NCBI GenBank assembly: GCA_013387205.1
Contig: WARV01000001.1
Location: 86 to 64,085 of the forward strand
Origin: Patescibacteria group bacterium
Lineage (GTDB): Bacteria; Patescibacteriota; Doudnabacteria; UBA920
DNA length: 64,000 bases
Reading direction: 5' to 3'
Under the pieces are notes generated by a model. It was not told the DNA's origin, ran no database searches, and saw only the letters and a program-made list of their open reading frames with translations. Position numbers and translations under genes: made by a program. Of the stretch, positions 27,621-35,932 are shown piece by piece; positions within the stretch are counted from its first letter, which is position 1, and every line of letters starts with the position of its first letter.

Positions 27621-28163
27621 ATGGCGACAAGATACAAAATTAGAACCAGCAGGGATATTACCGATGCGGCTTTGACTGTGTTGGGGAACACTTCAGGGAC
27701 AAATACCGGCGACCAGACCATTACCCTAACCGGCGACGTGACCGGTTCGGGGACAGGTTCGTTTATCACGACCTTAACTGGCAAGCCTACTGGTGCGATT
27801 GTCGGCACGTCCGACACTCAAATATTGACCAATAAACGCTTCACTGCCCGCATCGGCACGGAAACCTCTTCTGCCACTTCTACCCCCACTGCCGATACGG
27901 TTGACCAGTGGAACGTTACGGCCTTGGCAGCGGCTGATACCGTGGCTGCGCCGAGTGGCACTCCCACGGACGGGCAGATGCTGATCTTGCGGATAAAGGA
28001 CAACGGAACAGCGAGAACTTTAACATGGAACGCTATCTATCGAGCTTCTAGTGATTTAGCTTTACCCACTACTACCGTGATTTCCAAGACTATGTATCTT
28101 GGGTTTGTATACAATGTGGCTGACAGCAAATGGGACTTTTTAGCATTTTTAAATAACTTCTAA
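27621..28163 (+). CDS. Putative tail fibre protein (Thr/Gly-rich)
   Basis: TGDQTITLTGDVTGSGTGSFITTLTG repeats. Confidence 0.45.
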   Translation: MATRYKIRTSRDITDAALTVLGNTSGTNTGDQTITLTGDVTGSGTGSFITTLTGKPTGAIVGTSDTQILTNKRFTARIGTETSSATSTPTADTVDQWNVTALAAADTVAAPSGTPTDGQMLILRIKDNGTARTLTWNAIYRASSDLALPTTTVISKTMYLGFVYNVADSKWDFLAFLNNF

Positions 28164-28165
28164 TT

Positions 28166-29620
28166 ATGGCAAATCTCTATGTTCGCAAAGCAGGGTCTGA
28201 TTCCAATAACGGGTCTACTGCTGCTTTGGCAAAACTGACGATTGGCTCAGCAGTCACAGCGGCTTCCGCTGGTGACAATGTTTATGTTGGCGCGGGTGTC
28301 TACAAGGAAGCCATCTCCGCCGCCGCCAAGCAGATAAACATCATTGGGGACATAACCGGAGCCAGCACGGGCGACGCTGGGGAGGTTATCCTCTCTGGAC
28401 TTAATGCTACGGATGACGGTTTTGGTGCGAATTTCACGCATGACTTAAGCTCTGGCGGTTCTCTGCAAAATCTGATTTTTTCTGATTGGTATACCAATAC
28501 AGGCACTTCTCTCATTTACTGCAATACACCGTCTAATGCCTTTTCGGTCACTGACTGCAAGTTTGTTAACATCATGTTTGGTACGGGCTTACAAGTTTTT
28601 GTCTTTAACTGGAATAGTGGCACGGGAGCCTTAACCCTCAAGCGGTGCGGTTTTTACAACTGCTGGCAGTATGGTAATAACAACTTTGCTGTAGTGCGGA
28701 TTTGGGACGGAGCGTCAGCTACCAAGCCGGTTATCGAAAACGTTGAGGTGGCTTTCTGTGGTGTTGCTCAAAATAATACCTCTGCCACAGTTTTCGGGTT
28801 TCGGCTGCTTACAGGGTCGGCTGGAACCTGGTCTATAAAAAACTGTTCTGTTCATGACTGTTCCTGGTTTGATTACGCCAGCAACGGCTCTGCGACTATT
28901 GCCTTTTCTATTGAAGGCTCTTTCATGCCCAGCGCCTATAACTGCTCGGTTTACAATATCCTATCCTATAATTTTGCTACTAATTACGGGTTTAAAGCTG
29001 ATAACAGCTGCACGGCCTATAACTGCAACGTGTTTAATACGAAGAGTGCTGGTAGTGGAACAAACACTGCGTATTCGACTATAACTAACAGTGGTGGAGT
29101 AGCTAAAAGTCCTTATCCCCTGCCGCCAGTCGCCTTGTTCTCTCGTTTTTCACCTTTGGCAGGCGCGGGTAACGCCACGGGCGCATCAGATGACATCTTT
29201 GGTAATCCTCGCCCTGCCTACGGCAACACCAATGGCAGTATTGGCACGGTTGAAGCAACCTTTAACAACGTCCAAAGAGACACCGTCGCTCCTGATGCGG
29301 GAACTTATGACTTAAGGGTTAACCCTCCCCAATACTTCAAGCGGACATTCCAAATACCGGTGACAGCTTCCACCGCGCGCACTGTGACAGTAAAAATCCG
29401 GATTGATGGCACTTGGCCTGCGGGAAGTCGCCCTAAAGTAACTCTTTCTGGGCAGGGGATGACTCTTTCAATCGCAACCAAAAACTCCACGACTGGGAGT
29501 TATGAACAATTGAGCGTATCAGGAACACCGTCCACAACCGGTCTGGCAACTTTAACTATCGAAGCGCACGCTACCAACACTGACGCTGATATGCACGTTG
29601 ATACAATAGCGTTATCTTAA
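28166..29620 (+). CDS. Putative tailspike/fibre with parallel beta-helix-like repeats
   Basis: Repetitive N/G/S/T-rich segments with periodic hydrophobics (e.g. NIMFGTGLQVFVFNWNSGTG...). Inference. Confidence 0.45.
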   Translation: MANLYVRKAGSDSNNGSTAALAKLTIGSAVTAASAGDNVYVGAGVYKEAISAAAKQINIIGDITGASTGDAGEVILSGLNATDDGFGANFTHDLSSGGSLQNLIFSDWYTNTGTSLIYCNTPSNAFSVTDCKFVNIMFGTGLQVFVFNWNSGTGALTLKRCGFYNCWQYGNNNFAVVRIWDGASATKPVIENVEVAFCGVAQNNTSATVFGFRLLTGSAGTWSIKNCSVHDCSWFDYASNGSATIAFSIEGSFMPSAYNCSVYNILSYNFATNYGFKADNSCTAYNCNVFNTKSAGSGTNTAYSTITNSGGVAKSPYPLPPVALFSRFSPLAGAGNATGASDDIFGNPRPAYGNTNGSIGTVEATFNNVQRDTVAPDAGTYDLRVNPPQYFKRTFQIPVTASTARTVTVKIRIDGTWPAGSRPKVTLSGQGMTLSIATKNSTTGSYEQLSVSGTPSTTGLATLTIEAHATNTDADMHVDTIALS

Positions 29621-29622
29621 CT

Positions 29623-29805
29623 ATGGCTTATACTGACTTAGGCACATTTGAAAATTGGCAGGACGCATCTACTCCCCCAAGTGGTTTTGTTTCGAATGAC
29701 TTCAACACATTTGAGCTTTGGCAGAACGCATCTACTCCCCCTCTAGTCTTTAACGAAGTAGGCACATCTCCGCGCAACTCCAACTTCTTCCTCTTTTTTA
29801 AGTAA
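29623..29805 (+). CDS. Small protein containing an internal 12-aa repeat (TFENWQDASTPP / TFELWQNASTPP)
   Basis: ~36-bp imperfect direct DNA repeat at 29641-29690 and 29703-29752. Confidence 0.3.
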   Translation: MAYTDLGTFENWQDASTPPSGFVSNDFNTFELWQNASTPPLVFNEVGTSPRNSNFFLFFK

Positions 29806-29880
29806 AACCCCCGTCCTCTGCCTGGTAAGAGGCAGGAACGAGGGTAAAACAATCTTAACACTTACCGGGAATTAAGCAAT

Positions 29881-30111
29881 ATGCAAGAAGAATCATTGGA
29901 GGTAAAACTCGCAAGATTAGACGAAAAATTAGATTTTGTCCTTAGAGATATAAAGGAATTAAAAGACGATACAAAATTGCGGGTAGATAAGCTTGAAACA
30001 CGGGTGGATAGGTTGGAAAAATCAGCCGGATTGTTTAAGGTTGTGGCCTGGGGCTATTACGTTATTGGTGCCGGTGTTATTGGTTTGCTCATTTATCATA
30101 TAGCGAAATAA
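29881..30111 (+). CDS. Coiled-coil protein with C-terminal TM helix (holin/spanin-like candidate)
   Basis: Heptad-like N-terminus and a C-terminal VVAWGYYVIGAGVIGLLIYHIA. Immediately upstream of the peptidase genes. Confidence 0.4.
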   Translation: MQEESLEVKLARLDEKLDFVLRDIKELKDDTKLRVDKLETRVDRLEKSAGLFKVVAWGYYVIGAGVIGLLIYHIAK

Positions 30112-30113
30112 TT

Positions 30114-30983
30114 ATGATTACAGGATGTTTACCAGATGAATTTGATAGTCGAGATTTTAAAGCCGAACCGCTTTTAGGCGCTTCTCCGGCTGTTGATTTT
30201 GAAAATAACCCATTATTTTTACCTAAGCCTCCGCTTTGGAATCAACAATCTTCCGATTCTTGCGTGGCTGCGGCTTGGAGTTATTACAAGTGGCAGTTAA
30301 GGAATAAAAGTTATTGCCGCAAGTCTATTTTTGCTTACATCGCGCAACAGTACGGGGCTTACATTCGGGACGGGGGACTAAGGGTAGTTAAATATGGAGT
30401 AGAAACCACGGACGAAACTCCAGACCCGGAGATTAGGACACCGGAAACAATGAGGGACAAGACTGGGCTTAATGAAAAGGACGCCTTAGACGACAGGGAA
30501 TTAGATAGTAAGATTGTCCCTAATAATATTGACGACACGGCTAAGGCTATTAGGGATTATAAAGGTGTTGTATTCGGAGTTACCGGACACAATGAGGGGT
30601 GGATAGATAAATCTAATCCTACGCCCCCGCCGCCGACCACGATGTCTGATAAGTTATGGGGACACGCTTTGTATTTATATGGCTACCACCTCCACGACGG
30701 GCAGAAGTGCGTTTTAGCCCGTTCTTCCTGGGACGAGTTAGACCATCACATTAAAGAGGAATATTTTTCCAGCGGAAATACTTTTTCGCCTTGGACACTT
30801 ATTCCGAGAAAGGACAACATGATAAAAAAGTTTATAGTGCAGGACGGTTCAAAATTAGGAGTGATGCTATTAGAGGGTGAAACCGGCATAGTGCAGTTTG
30901 CGCCGGATATGGATTCCTTTAAGAAACTTAGCGAAGTCGCTAAACTAGACACCCAAACTAAGACCATCGCCATACCGGAGTAG
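30114..30983 (+). CDS. Papain-like (C1-like) cysteine peptidase, putative lysis/cell-wall peptidase
   Basis: QQSSDSCVAAAWSYY matches the Q...C...W active-site region. LWGHALYLYGYH matches the His motif HAVxxVGY. SSWDE is a near-match to the NSWG box. Confidence 0.5.
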   Translation: MITGCLPDEFDSRDFKAEPLLGASPAVDFENNPLFLPKPPLWNQQSSDSCVAAAWSYYKWQLRNKSYCRKSIFAYIAQQYGAYIRDGGLRVVKYGVETTDETPDPEIRTPETMRDKTGLNEKDALDDRELDSKIVPNNIDDTAKAIRDYKGVVFGVTGHNEGWIDKSNPTPPPPTTMSDKLWGHALYLYGYHLHDGQKCVLARSSWDELDHHIKEEYFSSGNTFSPWTLIPRKDNMIKKFIVQDGSKLGVMLLEGETGIVQFAPDMDSFKKLSEVAKLDTQTKTIAIPE

Positions 30984-31013
30984 AATGCGAAATTTTTAAA
31001 AGGCTGTCTGCTT

Positions 31014-31436
31014 TTGGGATTCGGGATTAGCTTGCTAGTCGTGTTTCCAGAAAAAGCCGTTAGCCTGACAACGCCTCCGCCTGAATTTCCAGTATTAGTC
31101 GCTGATCCAAATATAACCGATAGGTTATATGACGAATGGCGGATGGTAAGAAAAAAGGTTAATAGTGATTACTGTTCCTGTGTCGATACCGCCCGTGCCT
31201 TGTCGGGAATAAATGTCGGACCAATAGGGTATGCTAAAAATCATCCTATTAATTCCAATACCCCAAATGTAGGAGCGATAATCGTAACAAGCGAAAGTTA
31301 TTACGGACACCTAGGAGTGGTGATTGCTATAAACGGTGATACTCTCACAATTCAAGAAGGAAATTATTTCAAATGCCAATTATCCAGCCGAAAAATAAGC
31401 ACAAACTACGACAAGATTATTGGCTATTACCATTAA
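31014..31436 (+). CDS. CHAP-domain peptidoglycan peptidase/amidase (endolysin-like)
   Basis: Cys in DYCSCVDTARAL and His in YGHLGVVIAINGDTLTIQEGN, at CHAP spacing. Confidence 0.55.
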   Translation: MGFGISLLVVFPEKAVSLTTPPPEFPVLVADPNITDRLYDEWRMVRKKVNSDYCSCVDTARALSGINVGPIGYAKNHPINSNTPNVGAIIVTSESYYGHLGVVIAINGDTLTIQEGNYFKCQLSSRKISTNYDKIIGYYH

Positions 31437-31488
31437 TTTATTTAGCAACATTAATCTATTGGCTGTTTATTTATACAGCCCTAAACCA

Positions 31489-31656
31489 ATGAACACTAAA
31501 CTCAAATTAGCCTTTCACTTATTGGCTCAAATCTTAGTGCAGGGAGCCGTGGCCGCTTTAGTTCCGCAAGGCGGGGAAAAGTATTATGCCGCAGTAGTTG
31601 CCATTGTCGGAGTCGTCGTTGCTTTCTACGACAACCAAACTGCCCAACAGCCGTAG
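31489..31656 (+). CDS. Small membrane protein (holin/antiholin-like candidate)
   Basis: Hydrophobic segments LAFHLLAQILVQGAVAALV and AAVVAIVGVVVAFY. The track ORF begins at a TTG at 31420; ATG 31489 is preferred. Confidence 0.35.
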   Translation: MNTKLKLAFHLLAQILVQGAVAALVPQGGEKYYAAVVAIVGVVVAFYDNQTAQQP

Positions 31657-31777
31657 CTTTTAGCTACGGTTTTTTGGCGGAAGGCGGAACCATTGGCGTC
31701 GCAATTCTTTCAAAGCCAGTAAGTCCTTTGGTCAATCCGCTTTCCACCTAAGAATTAATTGGTAAGAATTAATTTCA

Positions 31778-32536
31778 ATGAAGTATTTAGAAAGTGCCAT
31801 TGACCAACCAGAGGCGTATATTATCCCAATAGGGGACTGCCATATTGGAGATAGGGCTTTTGGGAAAAGAGGATTAAAACTATTACAGGGGTATCTTGAT
31901 TGGGTTAAGGAACATAAAAACGCCAGGATATTCTTAAACGGAGATATTTTTAATTGCGCTTCCAGGAATTCCAAGACTTCACCTTTTGAAACTGATAGTG
32001 ACGAATACCAAAGAGCCATAGATATATTTAAGCCTTACGCTTCGCAGATTATTGGGGCAAATGACGGAAACCATGAAGCCCGGATGTTCGACGAGTTCGG
32101 CGTTTCCCCTTTAGCATTTTTCTGCCGGGAGCTATCCATACCTTATTGCAAATATTCAGCGGTAGTTAGGTTGATGGTTGGAAAGCGTAACACGCAAGGA
32201 TATAGGGAAGATTACTATTTATATTTTCACCACACGACAGGGGGCGGTGGTAGCCTTGGCAGTAAACTCAATAGGGTCGTTAAATTGAGGGATATTGTCG
32301 AGGGGATAGATGTTTATGTCGGCTCGCATAACCACACTTTAATTACTGCACCACAAGAAGTATATTATCCAACGCAACACGGGGTTCAGAAAAGGCAAAT
32401 TTGGCACGTTGACGCCGGTTCATTTTTGGAATACGAAGACACTTATGCGGAAAAGGGGATGTTGCCGCCATCAAAATTAGGAAGTCCCCGCTTAAGGTTT
32501 GATAGCAAAAAGCATGACGTTCACGTTTCAATATAA
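31778..32536 (+). CDS. Calcineurin-like metallophosphoesterase (phage Ser/Thr phosphatase-like)
   Basis: Motifs IGDCHIGD, NGDIFN and GNHE. Histidines present downstream. Confidence 0.75.
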   Translation: MKYLESAIDQPEAYIIPIGDCHIGDRAFGKRGLKLLQGYLDWVKEHKNARIFLNGDIFNCASRNSKTSPFETDSDEYQRAIDIFKPYASQIIGANDGNHEARMFDEFGVSPLAFFCRELSIPYCKYSAVVRLMVGKRNTQGYREDYYLYFHHTTGGGGSLGSKLNRVVKLRDIVEGIDVYVGSHNHTLITAPQEVYYPTQHGVQKRQIWHVDAGSFLEYEDTYAEKGMLPPSKLGSPRLRFDSKKHDVHVSI

Positions 32537-32631
32537 ATTTATGGAAGATTCACCACTACATTTTAAACTTACAGACCACGACCCGATTACGGAAGAAGAT
32601 TTAAAATTTGAACCATTAAACGAAGGAGAGG

Positions 32632-33120
32632 ATGATTAATATGGAAGAAAAATTTTTACATTCCAAAGCTCTTTCACCCAATCCCAAAGACTTGCTTGGC
32701 ATGAAAAAGGTATCTATTACCAAAGTTCCAGCTACCGCACTTGCTCATTGCGCTCATGCCATGATGAATGGGGCTGATAAGTACGGAGCGTATAATTGGC
32801 GTGACAAAGCTGTATATGCTTCTATTTACGTTGACGCCTGTTTCCGTCACCTAACGGCCTGGTTTGAAGGTGAAGAAATTGCAACTGATTCCAAAGTTCA
32901 CCATTTAGGACACGCTATGGCTTGTCTGGCAATTATTCTTGACGCCAAAGAAACTGGCAACTTAATTGACGACAGGCCGGTAAACGACCAATCGCGCGGC
33001 GCATATACCAAGGTTTTAGCTGGAATGAATGAAAAGTTTACAGCTAACAAGGACTTAAAAGAGCAAATTATGGAAGAATGGGCTGACAGTGAAGCCTGCC
33101 AAAAACTAGCGGATAAATAA
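32632..33120 (+). CDS. Hypothetical phage protein. Weak resemblance to the phage dATP/dGTP pyrophosphohydrolase N-terminal-type domain (KYGAYNWRD).
   Basis: ORF track entry. Motif recalled from memory and not verified. Confidence 0.3.
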   Translation: MINMEEKFLHSKALSPNPKDLLGMKKVSITKVPATALAHCAHAMMNGADKYGAYNWRDKAVYASIYVDACFRHLTAWFEGEEIATDSKVHHLGHAMACLAIILDAKETGNLIDDRPVNDQSRGAYTKVLAGMNEKFTANKDLKEQIMEEWADSEACQKLADK

Positions 33121-33465
33121 ATGCCGGAAAACGACATCTGGAATGGTTCGTTTTCTCTTTTTGCCACTGTAATAGGGGATGATTGGGACGACGAAGATGA
33201 AGAATGACTACCACGATTGTGGTGAATTCTCACTACGATTCCTTTTTAGCCAGCAGGCGTGGGGTTGCCATCCCATACAAAACGATTGCGGCTTATGGAT
33301 AAGAGGCAACTGATTCCATAACCCAACAAATTTCAAGCAGACGAGGTGTCGTTTCCTTTTCTGCCGCCTGCTGGTTGAAAGGGAAATATAACCTATAGAG
33401 AATATTCTTTTTTTAAGCGGTCATACAAGCCCTAGGAAATTGCATGACCACTTTAAGGAGGAGCT

Positions 33466-33651
33466 ATGGAGCTGGCAGTCGGACTTCAAGTATTTAAAAA
33501 TGGCGTCCCTGTCCGGCTTCTATACAGGGTTGCCCAACTGGAGGGAAAAGAAATTTGGCACACAAAACCACTTTTTGTAAAGCAACCTGAAAGGGATGAA
33601 GTATTTGAGCCACACGACAGGATAACAAAACTACACACCCAAAAGGAGTGA
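33466..33651 (+). CDS. Hypothetical small protein
   Basis: ORF track entry, with an AGGAGG SD upstream (ttaaggaggagctATG). Confidence 0.4.
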   Translation: MELAVGLQVFKNGVPVRLLYRVAQLEGKEIWHTKPLFVKQPERDEVFEPHDRITKLHTQKE

Positions 33652-33711
33652 TTATGATACGTTACAACCGTAAACGTTGCAAAAGGAAGAAATGGCCAAA
33701 ACACAAATAAC

Positions 33712-33746
33712 CATGCCCGCCGGAGCTATAATCCGGCTTTTTTACT
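33712..33746 (+). terminator. Intrinsic terminator (GCCGGAgctataaTCCGGC followed by TTTTTT)
   Basis: Hairpin plus T-run downstream of the 33466..33651 ORF. Confidence 0.5.
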
Positions 33747-34020
33747 GAAACATAAAAGTTTTTTTGACGTTTTAATATACGATTTGACAGCTTTTTAAAA
33801 TAGGCGTATACCTAAGACATAATAAACTAAATAACCACTTATAACCTGTTAAATCGGGTTGCCCCAAATAAAGGGGGCTTGCGGATAAGTGATCAGACTA
33901 AAGGCCATTATTTGTGATACAATAAGAGCCTAGCCCTAAGTTTGGAAACAAAAATAGTGGCCAAAATTCTGTCTGTCACCATAAAGCCCGCAAGCTGAGT
34001 GGTTGGCAGGCAGTTTTTTT

Positions 34021-34890
34021 ATGAACAACGCGATTGTTACTTATTTGGAGTGGAAGGGGATAGCCCATGAGAGAGCATCTAAAGCCTATATAAAACCATT
34101 ACACAGGCTGGCTGAATATTTAAACAAAAAAGTTAGTGAACTTACTACGGATGATGTAAAAAAGTTCCTCAAATATTTAAAAGAGGAGCTTCCCAAGCTG
34201 TCTACAAGGGGGGATTGGCGCACAAACTTTTATTTCCATACGAATGTCATCCGTGATTTTATTAAACATTGGAATGATGAGGGGGTGTGTAATGTAAGGC
34301 CAGGAATTATCGAGGTTCCCAAGTACAGTTTCAACCCTTACCCATCGGTTACTATTGAAGAATTTGAGATGATGGATGATTATCTAGCCACCGAGCCAGA
34401 CAATTTTGCCAATCTTCAGAAACGGATGATTATACACTTTTTATGGTGGACGGGCGTTAGGGTATCAGAGCTTACCGATTTAAGATGGACTATTATTAAC
34501 CAATCCGAGCAGGGATTACCAATAAAAAATAAAAAGAACGGTGATATCAGATATATATTTTGGCCACCCCAAACCCACTTACTGCTTTTAAGATTTATCA
34601 GGGAAAGAAAACAGTTTACTGGGAATAGCCTATTAGTGACTTACCTGGGGAAAATGCACCCTCGCTGTGTCCAAAGGTTTTTAGAAAATTTAGGGAAAAA
34701 ACTGGGGATAACTTACCACCTATCACCACACTGTTTTCGTCAGGGTTGGGCAAAATATAGGTTGGAAAAGGGGGCGGATCTAAAACTAATAAAAGACGGA
34801 TTAGGCCACACTTCTTACGATTCTACGGACAGATACTTAATACTAAATTATAAACTGCAAAGGGAAAGAGCGGTGAAATATTTGACATAA
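34021..34890 (+). CDS. int: Tyrosine site-specific recombinase (phage integrase)
   Basis: Catalytic residues in context: TGVRVSEL (Arg), HCFRQGWA (His-x-x-Arg), LGHTSYDSTDRYL (His, Tyr). The track starts at 34003; ATG 34021 is preferred. Confidence 0.85.
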   Translation: MNNAIVTYLEWKGIAHERASKAYIKPLHRLAEYLNKKVSELTTDDVKKFLKYLKEELPKLSTRGDWRTNFYFHTNVIRDFIKHWNDEGVCNVRPGIIEVPKYSFNPYPSVTIEEFEMMDDYLATEPDNFANLQKRMIIHFLWWTGVRVSELTDLRWTIINQSEQGLPIKNKKNGDIRYIFWPPQTHLLLLRFIRERKQFTGNSLLVTYLGKMHPRCVQRFLENLGKKLGITYHLSPHCFRQGWAKYRLEKGADLKLIKDGLGHTSYDSTDRYLILNYKLQRERAVKYLT

Positions 34891-34919
34891 GGTGTTAGTG
34901 GTATTATGATTAGGTTAAT

Positions 34920-35075
34920 ATGGCTTATCCAAAAAACGAAGAACGAAATAAAGACTTGGTGAAGAAGCGTAAAAAAGACCCTAAGAAATGGACGTGGGGA
35001 GCTTTAGCTAAACATTTCCGAGTGGCTCGCCCTACCGCTGTTCAAATTTATAAGCGATGGGAGCATATTTATTAA
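34920..35075 (+). CDS. Small basic HTH-like protein (51 aa; Xis/regulator candidate)
   Basis: Hand translation gives MAYPKNEERNKDLVKKRKKDPKKWTWGALAKHFRVARPTAVQIYKRWEHIY. Sits immediately after int. Confidence 0.35.
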   Translation: MAYPKNEERNKDLVKKRKKDPKKWTWGALAKHFRVARPTAVQIYKRWEHIY

Positions 35076-35100
35076 TTGTTAGTGCTTGTGGATAACTTTC

Positions 35101-35129
35101 TTGACAAGTGTTAGTGCTTGGTATATAAT
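35101..35129 (+). promoter_or_regulatory. Perfect consensus sigma70 promoter, TTGACA-17 nt-TATAAT
   Basis: TTGACA at 35101-35106 and TATAAT at 35124-35129 with an exact 17-nt spacer. The spacer contains one copy of the 12-bp direct repeat TGTTAGTGCTTG (35078-35089 and 35110-35121). Confidence 0.55.
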
Positions 35130-35312
35130 ATAAATACCACTGAAAAAAATCCCTCGAACCTTGAAAATCCCATATCAATAAACAGTCTGGTTGGTTTAAC
35201 CCCTAGAACCTTGTTTATTGCTTAAAAACGCCTTACCCCGCCCCTTTTGTGGCGGGGAATGAGAATAATATCGCGTCGGACAATGTATGTTGCGCGACAT
35301 GGAAGATAAATA

Positions 35313-35345
35313 AAGCGCACGGGGAGTGCGCTTTTAATTTTTTTG
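35313..35345 (+). terminator. Intrinsic terminator (AGCGCAC-GGGGA-GTGCGCT followed by TTTAATTTTTTT)
   Basis: 7-bp GC stem plus a T-run, ~190 nt downstream of the consensus promoter. Confidence 0.55.
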
Positions 35346-35567
35346 ATATCCGATACTTTTTGATTAATTGATTAAATGATTATCTGATTTGCTGATTATT
35401 ATTTTCTACTGATCTTAAATGTCATTGTTAACCACTATTCTCTTTAATTATGTATGGTTAAATATGCTAATACTGTTAATTACAGCAATACGCCATAAAT
35501 AAAGAGTATTTGTCAAATGTGTATAGCCTCTCCCCTATATTCAATGTAAAAATATATAAATAAAAAT

Positions 35568-35593
35568 CCTGCGTTACCATTTGGTAACGCAGG
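35568..35593. repeat. 26-bp perfect palindrome CCTGCGTTACCA-TT-TGGTAACGCAGG (bidirectional terminator-like)
   Basis: Exact reverse-complement arms of 12 bp, flanked by A/T runs. Confidence 0.7.
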
Positions 35594-35625
35594 GTTGATT
35601 TAAGACTGGCATTTGGTTCATGGTA

Positions 35626-35820
35626 TTACAAACCAATTCTTAAAAATTCTCCCTGAACTTTGGAAACCGAAACCTGGTTCCATTCGCCGGGTTGATTCCG
35701 CTGGGAAATTTCCATTCCCGAATCAGGCAGAAAGCGCTCCAGCCTGAACACTCCGACGGTGGTCCGAAAGACTGTACCCGGGTTGAATACCCTGATAATG
35801 TTGTAAAGCTTTGGGTCCAT
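35626..35820 (-). CDS. Hypothetical small protein (64 aa)
   Basis: Strong SD (AGGAGGAAAA) immediately before the ATG on the minus strand. Confidence 0.4.
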   Translation of the reverse strand: MDPKLYNIIRVFNPGTVFRTTVGVFRLERFLPDSGMEISQRNQPGEWNQVSVSKVQGEFLRIGL

Positions 35821-35932
35821 TTTTCCTCCTACTGGTAGATGAACGACAGATTAAGACTATCAAAATATGTATATGCTGTAAAGAAGCTTGTGCAAATAAA
35901 AAACTCCCCAGATGGGGAGTTTTTTATTTGAT

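Larger units (their letters stand above)
68..35075 (+). mobile_element. Tailed phage / prophage genome segment, left end outside the window. Order is early genes, packaging, head, glycosylation cassette, tail, lysis, integrase.
   Basis: Co-directional phage gene order terS-terL-portal-capsid-tail-lysis-integrase on the + strand. Housekeeping bacterial genes begin to the right of ~35.9 kb. Confidence 0.7.
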
